64,000 nt of DNA from the IMG/VR virus record IMGVR_UViG_3300013006_000018; one strand, given 5' to 3'. This stretch comes from a virus. The position numbers and the translations under genes were made by a program. This document shows, piece after piece, positions 9,694-19,570 of this stretch. The notes under the pieces were generated by a model. The model was not told where the DNA came from, searched no databases, and worked only from the letters and a program-made list of their open reading frames with translations. Numbering within the stretch: the stretch's first letter is position 1; every line of letters begins with the position of its first letter.

Positions 9694-11546
9694 TAGAACT
9701 CCCTTACAATAGACTGTATAGAAGGTGTAATAACTACGATTTTATTAACAAAATCTATAACATTATTAATGTAAGGGAATTTATAATAGGGTAATTGTGT
9801 ATCTTGTGAAATAATTTTGATATCATCATAAGGATACACAGGGTTGTATATCACCATACTAACGCCTGGTACATAATAAGTATTTCCATTATATACAGTC
9901 TTCGTTTTAATGTTTTCTACACCTTCGAGAGCTAAAATTTGGTTTGTTATATAAGTAAAAGAAATTAATTTACCTAAATTATCAGCGGTCGTAGAAAAAT
10001 AGTTTTTAAATATAGTATAAATTTGTATTTTTAATTCTTCTGGGTTTCTTTTAGCAGTAATATTTCTTGAAATTTCTAATGTAGCACCATTAGCAATATC
10101 AGGACTTAGGGTTATATTGGGTACTGCAACAGCAAAATCTAACCCAACGTATACCGGATCATTGATGATAGGTTCTGCTGTTGTAATTTTTATATCTAAT
10201 ACATCATTAAGAATGAGCTGCTTTTGTGCAGCGTTCAAATAATTAACCCGTGTGGTGAGTGATGTAAGTTTATTTAAACGTGGTACCGCGTAGATATAGA
10301 TATTATTAAAGTTACAAGCATCAGCAAATTTAACTTGATTGAATAACACACGAGAATCTAAATTAGGCTTATCCACACCGAGATCAAAGTAATACTTTAA
10401 ATGACCGGTTGTATAGTCCCAATTATTGACTACTTTTGAAGAACATATAATATTACCGTAATTTTTATCTACATATGTTTTAAAGTCGTCTGTGGTTATT
10501 AATCTATATTGACTTTTAAAAGTATTGATCGAATTGTTTTTAATATTTTGTACAGATTCTCTAAGCACATATTGTGTTGAAGGGTTACTATTAGTAAATA
10601 GTAGGAATGAACTGTTAGTATTATCGATAAGATTAAATCCTGTAGGTATTACATTTGCCTTAATATTATCAAATCTGGATGTTGAGTAAAAGAATAATTT
10701 ACAGTTGTTTAACAGACCGGGGCCTACTTCTCCTTTTGTACCGTTAGTGCGAAGATAATAAATTGCTACTTCGTCGTTTGTATTCAGTTGTTTACCTGTT
10801 ACGTTATTTCCAAATTTTATCTCGTAGCGCTCGTTTTCATTCATTCTTATTTCATATTTTTTGCTATTAGATTTTTCTAGAAATAGGGATTGTGATGAAG
10901 ACCATTGCTCCCATGCAGGGTTAACAACAGAGTTATCCTTAACGTAAACATTAATATTAAAGTGATCCATTTCAATATTTTTACCATTTGAATCAACAAC
11001 AGTTAGGGTAAGGGTTTCAAACGGTTCACCGGTTGCAAAATAGGAGGGGTATTCAGACCATATACCCTGGTATAGTAGTGTGCCTTCTTCGAGATCTGTT
11101 AATCTTTCTATACCGGTACCCGTCTTTGAGAATGTTACATCCTTATTAAAACTATAGTTTACACCGTTGATAGTAAAATACGAATATCTCGGTATGGTGT
11201 ATGTGCCGGGTTGTAGTGAAGTGGTTGCTGTCGCTTCAAAAGATAGGATCGATGTTTGATAGCCTACAGGGCTATAGTTTAATATTTTTACAATCTTATT
11301 AACATTGTCATAAATTTCAGCGGTTGAAAAGTTACTCTCGGAAGCGGTTCTGTTCAAATAAAACAGTAAAACATGATATGAATATGCAACAATATCAATA
11401 ATAGAATTTAAATTACTTCCTTCGTACTTTTGATCAGAAAAGACGTTGGTGTCATTTAGTCTTTGTATGATCAGGTTCTTTAAACTTGTAGCATCGAACG
11501 CTACATATCCGTCTGTTGGAAGTGTATAGTCGCTAAAGTCTGCCAT
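9693..11546 (-). CDS. gp6: baseplate wedge subunit gp6-like
   Basis: FSDQKYEGSNLNSIIDIVAY..H..LFYLN..ASE; YEIKFGNNVTGKQL; QYRLITTDDFK; follows gp25. Confidence 0.85.
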   Translation of the reverse strand: MADFSDYTLPTDGYVAFDATSLKNLIIQRLNDTNVFSDQKYEGSNLNSIIDIVAYSYHVLLFYLNRTASESNFSTAEIYDNVNKIVKILNYSPVGYQTSILSFEATATTSLQPGTYTIPRYSYFTINGVNYSFNKDVTFSKTGTGIERLTDLEEGTLLYQGIWSEYPSYFATGEPFETLTLTVVDSNGKNIEMDHFNINVYVKDNSVVNPAWEQWSSSQSLFLEKSNSKKYEIRMNENERYEIKFGNNVTGKQLNTNDEVAIYYLRTNGTKGEVGPGLLNNCKLFFYSTSRFDNIKANVIPTGFNLIDNTNSSFLLFTNSNPSTQYVLRESVQNIKNNSINTFKSQYRLITTDDFKTYVDKNYGNIICSSKVVNNWDYTTGHLKYYFDLGVDKPNLDSRVLFNQVKFADACNFNNIYIYAVPRLNKLTSLTTRVNYLNAAQKQLILNDVLDIKITTAEPIINDPVYVGLDFAVAVPNITLSPDIANGATLEISRNITAKRNPEELKIQIYTIFKNYFSTTADNLGKLISFTYITNQILALEGVENIKTKTVYNGNTYYVPGVSMVIYNPVYPYDDIKIISQDTQLPYYKFPYINNVIDFVNKIVVITPSIQSIVREF

Positions 11547-11551
11547 AATAT

Positions 11552-12028
11552 TTAATTAAATATGAACCCCGAATTACTTAATGTCCCTGGTATAGTAATG
11601 CCTGTTATTTTCATACGGGGTGCTGTTATGGTTAACAAAACATAGTATTGTTGTTGCTCTTCATCAGGAACGACTTTCAATTTTTCTATTGAGACTCTGT
11701 CCGATTCGTATAAGCCTACCCCTTTTCTAATTTCTTGACCTATTGTTTCTGCAATCCCTAAGGAGACAGGGTCAAATAAGTACCTACCTAAGCCTAGTCC
11801 AAAAGATGGATTTAGTATTTTTTGACCAGGAAATGTGTTAAAAAGATTAAAAAGTGATGATTTTATTGCACCTAAATCGTATAGAGCTTCCAAATCCCGT
11901 ATTTCATCTTTCTTTAATAACTGATTATTTTGCGTATAATGCATAGTAAGATCTAACTTTATATCACTATAAGTATAGCTTTTTAATGATTTTGCCGGGG
12001 CTTTGATCGATTGTATTTTGATAGCCAT
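11552..12028 (-). CDS. gp25: baseplate wedge subunit gp25-like
   Basis: AIKSSLFNLFNTFPGQKILNPSFGLGLGRYLFDP motif. Confidence 0.85.
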   Translation of the reverse strand: MAIKIQSIKAPAKSLKSYTYSDIKLDLTMHYTQNNQLLKKDEIRDLEALYDLGAIKSSLFNLFNTFPGQKILNPSFGLGLGRYLFDPVSLGIAETIGQEIRKGVGLYESDRVSIEKLKVVPDEEQQQYYVLLTITAPRMKITGITIPGTLSNSGFIFN

Positions 12029-12033
12029 TAAAA

Positions 12034-12081
12034 TATTTATAAAAATAACTATTTTTAAAATAGGTAGGTCGAGAATAAATA
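12034..12081. promoter_or_regulatory. divergent pair of late promoters (TATAAATA minus 12034-41; AATAAATA plus 12074-81)
   Basis: Each is 5 nt from a start codon (12028 and GTG 12087). Confidence 0.7.
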
Positions 12082-12086
12082 ATTAT

Positions 12087-12713
12087 GTGAATAAGAGATT
12101 TGTCAAATTATTTGAAGCTAATATTACAAGATTTAACCATGGCGGCTTCTTAGCCAGTGATAGAGTTACTTTTATTGACAACGTTCTAAAGAATGATTAC
12201 TTCAAGAAACAGCCTGAAGAAATAGCCGGTGCTGTTACAGCGCTTATGAATTGTGGATTAAACTTAAGAGTAAAGAATATTAAGTCCACGTTTCCAGCAG
12301 TAGGCGGCGCAGGCAACCCTGATAATCTTGGTTATAGCTTTGCAGTAGAGGTTGTACCAGAGATAGCTCCGGGTAAATTTGATTATAATAAAACAGTCAC
12401 AGTACCTGCAAATTTACTTGTAAGGCACGATGACGGTATCAATTTGCCTCCGATACCTGATATATTAAAGCGAGCTGATAACTCTTATATTAAGCCCAAA
12501 TTAGCTTCTGATATAAAACAAGACGAAGTTCCTTTCTACAGACCGCATAGTCAAACACATACTTCTAATGTAGATGGCAAAAATGTTGAGGGTGATCGTG
12601 AACTTTTAAATACCAACACAAAGATACCTTCCTCACCTGCGCACGGTGTTAAAGACCCTGCCATCGGTGACTTCCCCGATAGCTATACAAAAGCTTATCT
12701 TCCTACTGCTTAA
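12087..12713 (+). CDS. putative late head-associated protein (start revised to GTG 12087)
   Basis: Late promoter 5 nt upstream; N-terminus MNKRFVKLFEA with L-x-E site. Confidence 0.6.
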   Translation: MNKRFVKLFEANITRFNHGGFLASDRVTFIDNVLKNDYFKKQPEEIAGAVTALMNCGLNLRVKNIKSTFPAVGGAGNPDNLGYSFAVEVVPEIAPGKFDYNKTVTVPANLLVRHDDGINLPPIPDILKRADNSYIKPKLASDIKQDEVPFYRPHSQTHTSNVDGKNVEGDRELLNTNTKIPSSPAHGVKDPAIGDFPDSYTKAYLPTA

Positions 12714-13635
12714 CGTCAGATAGCTGTATAAAGCAGCTATAACAATTAATTTCTTGATCTATAACAAACGCACTCCTGTACAAATGTTCAGCAATAATAA
12801 TTAAGTATTGTTTTTTAAGCTCGTTATCAGCTTCATTTTTATCTATATGATTAAAAAGAGATCGTAGTAGATTAATATAATCGGAATTAAACTTTTGTTC
12901 GTTTTCAATAAGAGATTTTCTGATAGCAAGTACATTCCCGGATTTAATATTATTCGTTATTAGATCGAGAACGTCACTTTTATTACTTTCAGTTAATAAT
13001 AATTCACCACTCGAACAATTCTTATGTATCTCATTAATACATTTTCTTAGATCAGGGTAAAAAGCTTTAACAAGATGAACGATTTTACTTCTATCATCCT
13101 CCGATACAGTGACGCCTTCATTTTTTAGTATATAGAGACATCTCTTTGCGACCCCAGCTAAGGGCGGTATAAGGTCGATACTTTGGCATCTACTTTGTAA
13201 AGCTGTAATAATTTTGTGCTTGTAATTTGCTGTAAGAATAAATCTTGTTATCTTAGAATACTCTTCCATAGTGTTACGAAGAGCTCGTTGGCCATCTATA
13301 GTAAGACCATCTGTTTCATCTAATACAACTACCTTTACTTTCCCATCAAAACTTCTTGTCTGCGCAAAGCTAGTAACCTTTGTACGGATAGTATCAATCC
13401 CATTTTCATCACTGGCGTTAATGTAAAGATACTGACATTGAAGGATATCATTAACAATGATCTTAGCTAGTGATGTCTTACCGATACCCGGGGTACCAGT
13501 AAATAATAGATTAGGTATTTCTTTCTTCTGTAAGAATGATTCTATTATTCTCTTATTATCATCGGATATAACAAAATCTCCTAATGATTTGGGTCGATAC
13601 TTTTCAACCCATATATTATTAAAATTTAAATTCAT
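12703..13635 (-). CDS. gp44: clamp loader ATPase subunit gp44 (RFC-like)
   Basis: WVEKYRP, GTPGIGKTS, INASDENGID, LDETD, LQSRC. Confidence 0.95.
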   Translation of the reverse strand: MNLNFNNIWVEKYRPKSLGDFVISDDNKRIIESFLQKKEIPNLLFTGTPGIGKTSLAKIIVNDILQCQYLYINASDENGIDTIRTKVTSFAQTRSFDGKVKVVVLDETDGLTIDGQRALRNTMEEYSKITRFILTANYKHKIITALQSRCQSIDLIPPLAGVAKRCLYILKNEGVTVSEDDRSKIVHLVKAFYPDLRKCINEIHKNCSSGELLLTESNKSDVLDLITNNIKSGNVLAIRKSLIENEQKFNSDYINLLRSLFNHIDKNEADNELKKQYLIIIAEHLYRSAFVIDQEINCYSCFIQLSDVKQ

Positions 13636-14081
13636 TTACCTGAAGAACCAAAACCTCTTTCATTACGCTCAGATGTTTCGACCTTACCCCAATCAATACC
13701 CATATGAGCATTAATATAAACTACAAACTGAGCTATTCTATCTCCAGCTTTTATTTGATATTCAGTATCTGTTAAGTTATAAAGTTTAATACCTGCAGAT
13801 CCTCTGTATCCATTATCTATAATACCTGGATGTGCCAATATACCGTGTTTAAACCCTAACCCGCTTCTTGATTCTACTTTTACCCAATAGCCGTCGGGTA
13901 TATAAGCAAATTTTAAACCAACATCTACAACATTACTACCTCTCGCAGGTATAATTTTGTCCTCTATAGAATATACATCGTATCCTGTGTCAGACTCGTG
14001 GTTTTTAGAAGGTAATTTTGCCATTTCATGCGTTTTTTCAAATTTTAAGATAGGCATAAACATAATATTAGGGTCAATCAT
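13632..14081 (-). CDS. dut: trimeric dUTPase (start revised to ATG 14081)
   Basis: GYDV, SRSGL, GIIDNGYRG, GDRIAQ, RGFGSSG. Confidence 0.95.
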   Translation of the reverse strand: MIDPNIMFMPILKFEKTHEMAKLPSKNHESDTGYDVYSIEDKIIPARGSNVVDVGLKFAYIPDGYWVKVESRSGLGFKHGILAHPGIIDNGYRGSAGIKLYNLTDTEYQIKAGDRIAQFVVYINAHMGIDWGKVETSERNERGFGSSGK

Positions 14082-14086
14082 ATATA

Positions 14087-14122
14087 ATATTATGATATAA
14101 AACCCGGAATTCAAGATAAGTA
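14087..14122. promoter_or_regulatory. sigma70-like promoter (minus, TTGAAT-N16-TAATAT, 14087-14114) back-to-back with late-like GATAAGTA (plus)
   Basis: Seen in sequence; 5 and 6 nt from the respective ATGs. Confidence 0.6.
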
Positions 14123-14128
14123 ATTTGG

Positions 14129-14587
14129 ATGAGTGATGAGCTTAATGAAATGGTTGGAGACTTATTGGGACAGTTACAAACGGCTGAAAAGAAGGCAATA
14201 GAGGCAAGTAAAGAGCGGGACCTTCTTAAGAAAGAAGACTTAGAGACGTTTGTTGTAGAGAATGCAGGCAAGCTTGTAAGTGAGAGTCTTGATATGATCA
14301 AGAATGTAAAGGAATACATTATTTCTGCTCCAGAGCATAAAGATGTTTCGGCATTAGCTGATTTGGTAGCTGCTACGTCATCTGCTATTGAAACCCTCAA
14401 TAAAATAGTTATTGCAGACAAGAGAAATGAAACATTTTTAAAGACAAAAGAAATGGATATAAAAAGTCGTCAAGAAAAACAAGAAGCAGATACCGGGCCA
14501 AAGAAATTATTATCTAGAGAAGACATCTTTAAGATGCTTATTGATGATAAGATTGTTGATGCAAAAGTAATAACTGACAAACAATAA
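14129..14587 (+). CDS. probable terminase small subunit (gp16-like)
   Basis: Size and helical pattern (GKLVSESLDMI...SAPEHKDVSALADLVAATSSAIETL) resemble gp16 of distant T4-like phages; late-like promoter. Confidence 0.55.
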   Translation: MSDELNEMVGDLLGQLQTAEKKAIEASKERDLLKKEDLETFVVENAGKLVSESLDMIKNVKEYIISAPEHKDVSALADLVAATSSAIETLNKIVIADKRNETFLKTKEMDIKSRQEKQEADTGPKKLLSREDIFKMLIDDKIVDAKVITDKQ

Positions 14588-16297
14588 TTATTTGTTGCAA
14601 GTAAAGTACTTCTTAAAAAAGTCTTTGAATAGGGACTTAAAGTTAAATTTAATTTTTGCAGCGAGCTTATCGTAATCAAAAAAGCTTTCAATATTATTTA
14701 CAAGTGCTGCTATTTTAGATTCTATATCCTTAAACATCGTCTCGATACCTGTCGTGAAGTCAAATAAATTATCTGTATCTACAGTAGGGGGTATAAAGTT
14801 ACACGCCACGTCCTTGATCTGTTGTGCGTAAGCTAGAGCAGTTGTAGGGTTAGCTAGCATGGCAGGGTTCATTACTATATTGGGGCCCAGGTTGGCAAGT
14901 GTTTCAAGTGAGCCAAAGCTTATTCCGGGTATAATATTTGGTAACCCAAAGTTGCCTAGTGTGCGGCTTATTTCAGTTATGCTCCCGGTAATACCTGTGT
15001 TATCTAAATTAGGAATAAAATTACCAGGCAAAAATTCATTTAAGTTTAATGAAGGCAGGCCTAGCGGTACACCCAAGTCTGCAATTTCTGAGACATATTT
15101 AAATGCAGGTGAAGAAGAGAATATGGTAGAAATTTGTTCATCTAATTTTGCAATTGGGTTTGTAATTTGTTTGTTTATTTCGCTTATAAACCCATTCACC
15201 TTAGGTGTATAGTCGAAGAAGCTATTAATATTAGTTGTTTGATTAAAGAATGTTGCTGCTGTTTTATCTTCTACAGTATTAAAATACTGTGTATCTACTG
15301 TGGATGTGTTTGTAGATACAGCAGATGAAGGTTGGGTTCTTGTACTCTGAAGAGAAGCAAGAGACCTTTGAATGGTAGCAGTCGATGTCACGGGTATTGC
15401 TTTTTTCTTTAATATATCTAATTTTTGAGTCAGGCCTTCGACCTTAACATCGAATAAATACCGATACATAATCTGTAGATTTGAATACGTTTCGTCTGCT
15501 GAAAAATTTCTCGGATTGTAAGCAACCCCGTCGTTGATATTACTAAAGTAAGAAATATAGGTATGTGTTCTATAATATAATTGTTGTATTAGCTTAACAT
15601 AAGGAAACATATTCTTTTTATGATCAACAAAATATTTTAAATCTGTTACGAGGTTATTTCCGTGAGCTAGTGTAGGGTCTAATTTATTAATCATAGTGCC
15701 TCTACTTGAAAATTGAATATTAACTAAATTAGTTCTAAGTAATGTAGATGTTTTTCTTGATAAGCTTTCCGATATTTCCTTGGCATTATCACTGAGTTTA
15801 TTGTTTATGGAAACAGGCCAAGTGACGGGTTGTGAATACTGGTATAGATGGGTATCAAAATACGGAATAACAGAATCGTCAAGTTTTACTTTTGAGTTAA
15901 CAAGCAGCCCTATGCTGTCGCTAACTTCATCATAATAACTTTGGAGATTATTCTCGCTCTCAAGCTTACTCTTTGTTCTTTCCTGAATTTCTTGATTTGT
16001 TGTATTTTTATACTTTTTGGTCCAGAAATGAATAAATTCAAGATTAAAATTATCAAAATAATTATTGTCCAGAGCGGAATAAAAATCACCCATAGCACTA
16101 ACGTTATCGGGTGCTTGTAAAGAAGCTCTATAGTTAATAGCTGCACTTAGTTCGGTTACATAACTTCCAAACGTTTCTAGAAAATTTGTATAATTTTTAA
16201 CAGTGTCGAGTGATGTAGCCAATTCTATGTCTAAATTATCAGGGACACCTGTATTATTAAACGACTTAGCAGGCTGATTCTGTGTATTGACAATCAT
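14588..16297 (-). CDS. hypothetical baseplate/tail-module protein
   Basis: Coupled downstream of hub-like gene; no recognised motif. Confidence 0.45.
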   Translation of the reverse strand: MIVNTQNQPAKSFNNTGVPDNLDIELATSLDTVKNYTNFLETFGSYVTELSAAINYRASLQAPDNVSAMGDFYSALDNNYFDNFNLEFIHFWTKKYKNTTNQEIQERTKSKLESENNLQSYYDEVSDSIGLLVNSKVKLDDSVIPYFDTHLYQYSQPVTWPVSINNKLSDNAKEISESLSRKTSTLLRTNLVNIQFSSRGTMINKLDPTLAHGNNLVTDLKYFVDHKKNMFPYVKLIQQLYYRTHTYISYFSNINDGVAYNPRNFSADETYSNLQIMYRYLFDVKVEGLTQKLDILKKKAIPVTSTATIQRSLASLQSTRTQPSSAVSTNTSTVDTQYFNTVEDKTAATFFNQTTNINSFFDYTPKVNGFISEINKQITNPIAKLDEQISTIFSSSPAFKYVSEIADLGVPLGLPSLNLNEFLPGNFIPNLDNTGITGSITEISRTLGNFGLPNIIPGISFGSLETLANLGPNIVMNPAMLANPTTALAYAQQIKDVACNFIPPTVDTDNLFDFTTGIETMFKDIESKIAALVNNIESFFDYDKLAAKIKFNFKSLFKDFFKKYFTCNK

Positions 16298-17826
16298 AAA
16301 GCTTTATTATTTAGAAAGATGTCAGAGTTTGCGTATGTCTTGACACATTTAAGTTCATTAATATAATTACCATCCCTGAAGATATGTCTTACGTTTACAA
16401 TAAAATATATACCTAATAGCTTTGAATCAAAGTCACTTGTATGAATAGCGCCCTCTCTATCTAAACCAATAAATCTACCTGATTGTCGATGTGTAGATCC
16501 ATCGACAGAGAACGATATAATTTGATTTAAGAATATACTAGCTCGTAAGAACTTATTTCTGCCTTTAGCCAATCTCTGGTCAGCGTTTGTTGAAGAGACA
16601 GAAAATACATGTTTTACATTTTTATTTGATGTTTTAAGATAGCCGGGTAGAAAGTTATTAACCGGACTTCTATCACCTCTAAGTGTTGTGACATAGTTTT
16701 TGTTGTAAATGTCCATAGCTGAGTCTACCGAATTTCTCTCTATATCAATATTAAAAGCTTTATCCCCGTTGTCATAACTATGCACCATCCGGGTTACAAG
16801 TGCTTCCTGAGAGTGTATGCCAGGCATAAAGTCGAGGGTATAATGGGAAAGATTATTCGTATGGCTCAGATAATTTCCTACTTTTGGAGTGAACCGTATT
16901 TCTTGTACAGGTATTGTATTGTCACTATCATTATATGCACCGAGAATATACGTTTCTAAGTAATAGGCACCTCCACCGTCGGTGCTCTTGTCGAAGGCCT
17001 TATCAAAATATGATTTTAAACTTGTGAATCCAAATGCTCTTGAATCTCTTTCTATCTCTAGAAATGATTGGTCATAATTTGATCCTGGTGTGGATACATG
17101 CCTTTCTAAGAGATAGTTTAAGCTATCTGTGCCTTTAAACTGAGCGGGCGACGAGAAAAATAATATTGTAGAACCTTGATCCCACCCGTCAGCGAAAGAA
17201 ACACCCGGGCCATTGCTAGGATCATACGCTTTCGTTAGTAATGCTTTTATTGCGTCACCTGTATAAACACCTCTTGCGTTATCTGTTAGTTGTGTTGAGT
17301 CGTTATTAACAAGCTCTGCGGTCGAAAAATCTACATTTTTATTTCTTAGTACCTCATAGTAGTTATCCCAGAAATACAGTATTTTATATTTTCTATTAGG
17401 TTCATTTTCGGTTTTTTCCTCACTATTATATATAGAAAAAACATAGAGCATTTTAAAAATCTTATCCGACAGTTCAGTTTCAGTGCTACTACTATTCTCT
17501 GTACTAACTCTAGGTTTAATTTCTACATAAAGAAAGTCTCTGCTATCACCACGAAATAAGAAACCTTTATTTGCATCGGTAGATGCGGCGTCAAACTCAG
17601 CTTCGCCTGCAGGGTTACCTCTTTCCAGATAGTCATAACTATTATCTAATGCAATATACCCTTGATGGTAAAAATTTTCAAAACTATCCTCTATGACAAG
17701 CTCTTTTATAGCAGCGGGCTTTATCTGCCTTCCTCTATTGTCGCCAGATACTAGAAAGATTTTAAATGTATAATAATCTCCGCCTATTTGACTTTTTGTA
17801 ATATTATCTACTACCGGGTCATTCAT
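16294..17826 (-). CDS. baseplate hub protein (gp27-like)
   Basis: IKELVIEDSF..FYHQGYI N-terminus and LLGIYFIVNVRHIF..Y.NEL.CVK C-terminus typical of hub proteins; follows gp53. Confidence 0.65.
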   Translation of the reverse strand: MNDPVVDNITKSQIGGDYYTFKIFLVSGDNRGRQIKPAAIKELVIEDSFENFYHQGYIALDNSYDYLERGNPAGEAEFDAASTDANKGFLFRGDSRDFLYVEIKPRVSTENSSSTETELSDKIFKMLYVFSIYNSEEKTENEPNRKYKILYFWDNYYEVLRNKNVDFSTAELVNNDSTQLTDNARGVYTGDAIKALLTKAYDPSNGPGVSFADGWDQGSTILFFSSPAQFKGTDSLNYLLERHVSTPGSNYDQSFLEIERDSRAFGFTSLKSYFDKAFDKSTDGGGAYYLETYILGAYNDSDNTIPVQEIRFTPKVGNYLSHTNNLSHYTLDFMPGIHSQEALVTRMVHSYDNGDKAFNIDIERNSVDSAMDIYNKNYVTTLRGDRSPVNNFLPGYLKTSNKNVKHVFSVSSTNADQRLAKGRNKFLRASIFLNQIISFSVDGSTHRQSGRFIGLDREGAIHTSDFDSKLLGIYFIVNVRHIFRDGNYINELKCVKTYANSDIFLNNKAL

Positions 17827-18185
17827 ACAAGATATGTTCTTAGCTCATCTATAACCTGCCGGACATATGTGGGTTTTAATATTCTCAGCGTTGTTCCAAT
17901 GTTCGGAATAATAATAGGATTATAGATGTTATTTACAAGACATATTAACCACCAGAGATCTATAGTTTTATATGCGTTATAGCTAATCATTGTCCACGGG
18001 AGCTTCTGTCTTACCGTTATGTAGTCGAGCATTGTTTCGTTTATTAACTTAGGAAAGTAAACGGTGTTAATGATATTATAAAAATATTGATTATTCTCTG
18101 TCTTAAACAGCTTAAAAATATTTTCATACTTTGTATCAGACAAAGCTGGTAAGGTTGCTATTTTATTTTGATAATCGCCATCCAT
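17823..18185 (-). CDS. gp53: baseplate wedge gp53-like (LysM-like)
   Basis: ISYNAYKTIDLWWLICLVNNIYNP...GTTLRILKP. Confidence 0.8.
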   Translation of the reverse strand: MDGDYQNKIATLPALSDTKYENIFKLFKTENNQYFYNIINTVYFPKLINETMLDYITVRQKLPWTMISYNAYKTIDLWWLICLVNNIYNPIIIPNIGTTLRILKPTYVRQVIDELRTYLV

Positions 18186-18189
18186 AATA

Positions 18190-19560
18190 TTATGCTAGTG
18201 CTATATTTGCACCAAACTGATTTAGTAATCTCTTCTCTGCTTCATCAAGGCTACTAATATCAGCCGCAGCTTGTTGAGTGTTTGCATTGACAGTATGAAA
18301 TAGAAGATTTTTAGATTCTGAGAACATGCTTTTAACAGATATTTTTATTTGATATGCATCAGGTATGATGGCTTTAATGTTTTTAGTAACGGTTTTATTG
18401 GTGATGGGTGTGGATTGATTGGAGTTTGTCAATGGTCCCCCAAAACTACCGCCAGCACCTCTACTAATCTCATTATTTAAATCTGTGTTCGGAAGATTTG
18501 AACTAGTATTATTCGATTGCGGTGTATTCTGTCTTGTTTCGACAGGTATTGTTAAATCTAGCTCTCTTCTTGAACCTTGAAACTCTACATTTATAGCAGT
18601 AATATAGCAGAACGGTAAAAACTTTACACCAGGTATTCTGACTTCATATACCGGAGGGGGCTCAATAATAGACTTTGTTTGACGAGCTGGTTTATTATTA
18701 TATAAAAGTAAAAATACAAGCTGCCAATTCCTTACAACATCATCAAACGTAAGAGAGCCTGTATTTATTAAAGGAAATCCAAAAGAAAATTCTTCACCAT
18801 CCGTGGGGTAGTTATAAAACTTAGCTCTCTCTTGAAAAGAATAATTTAAAGGGGTTTCTATAGCATTCGCCGCTTCGGCAAAATTTATAACACCGTCTGT
18901 TACGCCCTTTACTAATCCTAATAATGGGTTTGTTGGATCACCTGAGAAGTTATTCTGAGTTGAGCCTTGATAATTTTCAAAATATGGCAGAATGAACTCC
19001 CATCCTGTATCTTTTGTTATATATAGATTTCTATAGGGCTCTAGCCAGGGCGATTGGTCATACACACTGTTTTCATCAGTCACATCACTAGAAATTTTAC
19101 GCTTTAAGCCATCCAGGCTGGCTGAAAATCCTGGTATACGTTCCCCAGCTTCATTGAGTACGGGTTGAGCGGTATTAGTGCCCGTTTGGCCCGCTGCTCC
19201 TAGTGCACCCCCTACCATTCTTGTAACTTCATTAGCTGTCTGCTCGTTTAAATATGTTCTCAAGCTATTTTGCATAGAGTCAACAGAAGCTCCAAAAGAA
19301 TATATGAGCTGCGAAATGAGAGCGTTAACTTTTAGTTTCTTCTCTTTTAAGTAAATAGTGGGTACTTCTTTTCTGGCAACGTCACCGGGTTTTGAGTATG
19401 TCCAGTAATAATTCTTTGCTACGTCAACAGTAGTTCCCTTTTCACTATTTCCAGGTGCTACAAGATAAGGAGGGTTGCCTGATTTAAAGGGGCCCTGATT
19501 TAGAGTACTATCAGCTTCCGTTTTTTCTTTGTAAGCAAAATTCCAGAGTAAGCCAGCCAT
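18190..19560 (-). CDS. baseplate tail-tube cap/initiator (gp48-like)
   Basis: EFSFGFPLIN, PPPVYEVRIPG, FCYITAINVEF; position between tape-measure-like gene and gp53. Confidence 0.55.
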   Translation of the reverse strand: MAGLLWNFAYKEKTEADSTLNQGPFKSGNPPYLVAPGNSEKGTTVDVAKNYYWTYSKPGDVARKEVPTIYLKEKKLKVNALISQLIYSFGASVDSMQNSLRTYLNEQTANEVTRMVGGALGAAGQTGTNTAQPVLNEAGERIPGFSASLDGLKRKISSDVTDENSVYDQSPWLEPYRNLYITKDTGWEFILPYFENYQGSTQNNFSGDPTNPLLGLVKGVTDGVINFAEAANAIETPLNYSFQERAKFYNYPTDGEEFSFGFPLINTGSLTFDDVVRNWQLVFLLLYNNKPARQTKSIIEPPPVYEVRIPGVKFLPFCYITAINVEFQGSRRELDLTIPVETRQNTPQSNNTSSNLPNTDLNNEISRGAGGSFGGPLTNSNQSTPITNKTVTKNIKAIIPDAYQIKISVKSMFSESKNLLFHTVNANTQQAAADISSLDEAEKRLLNQFGANIALA

Positions 19561-19570
19561 AAAGTTATTT

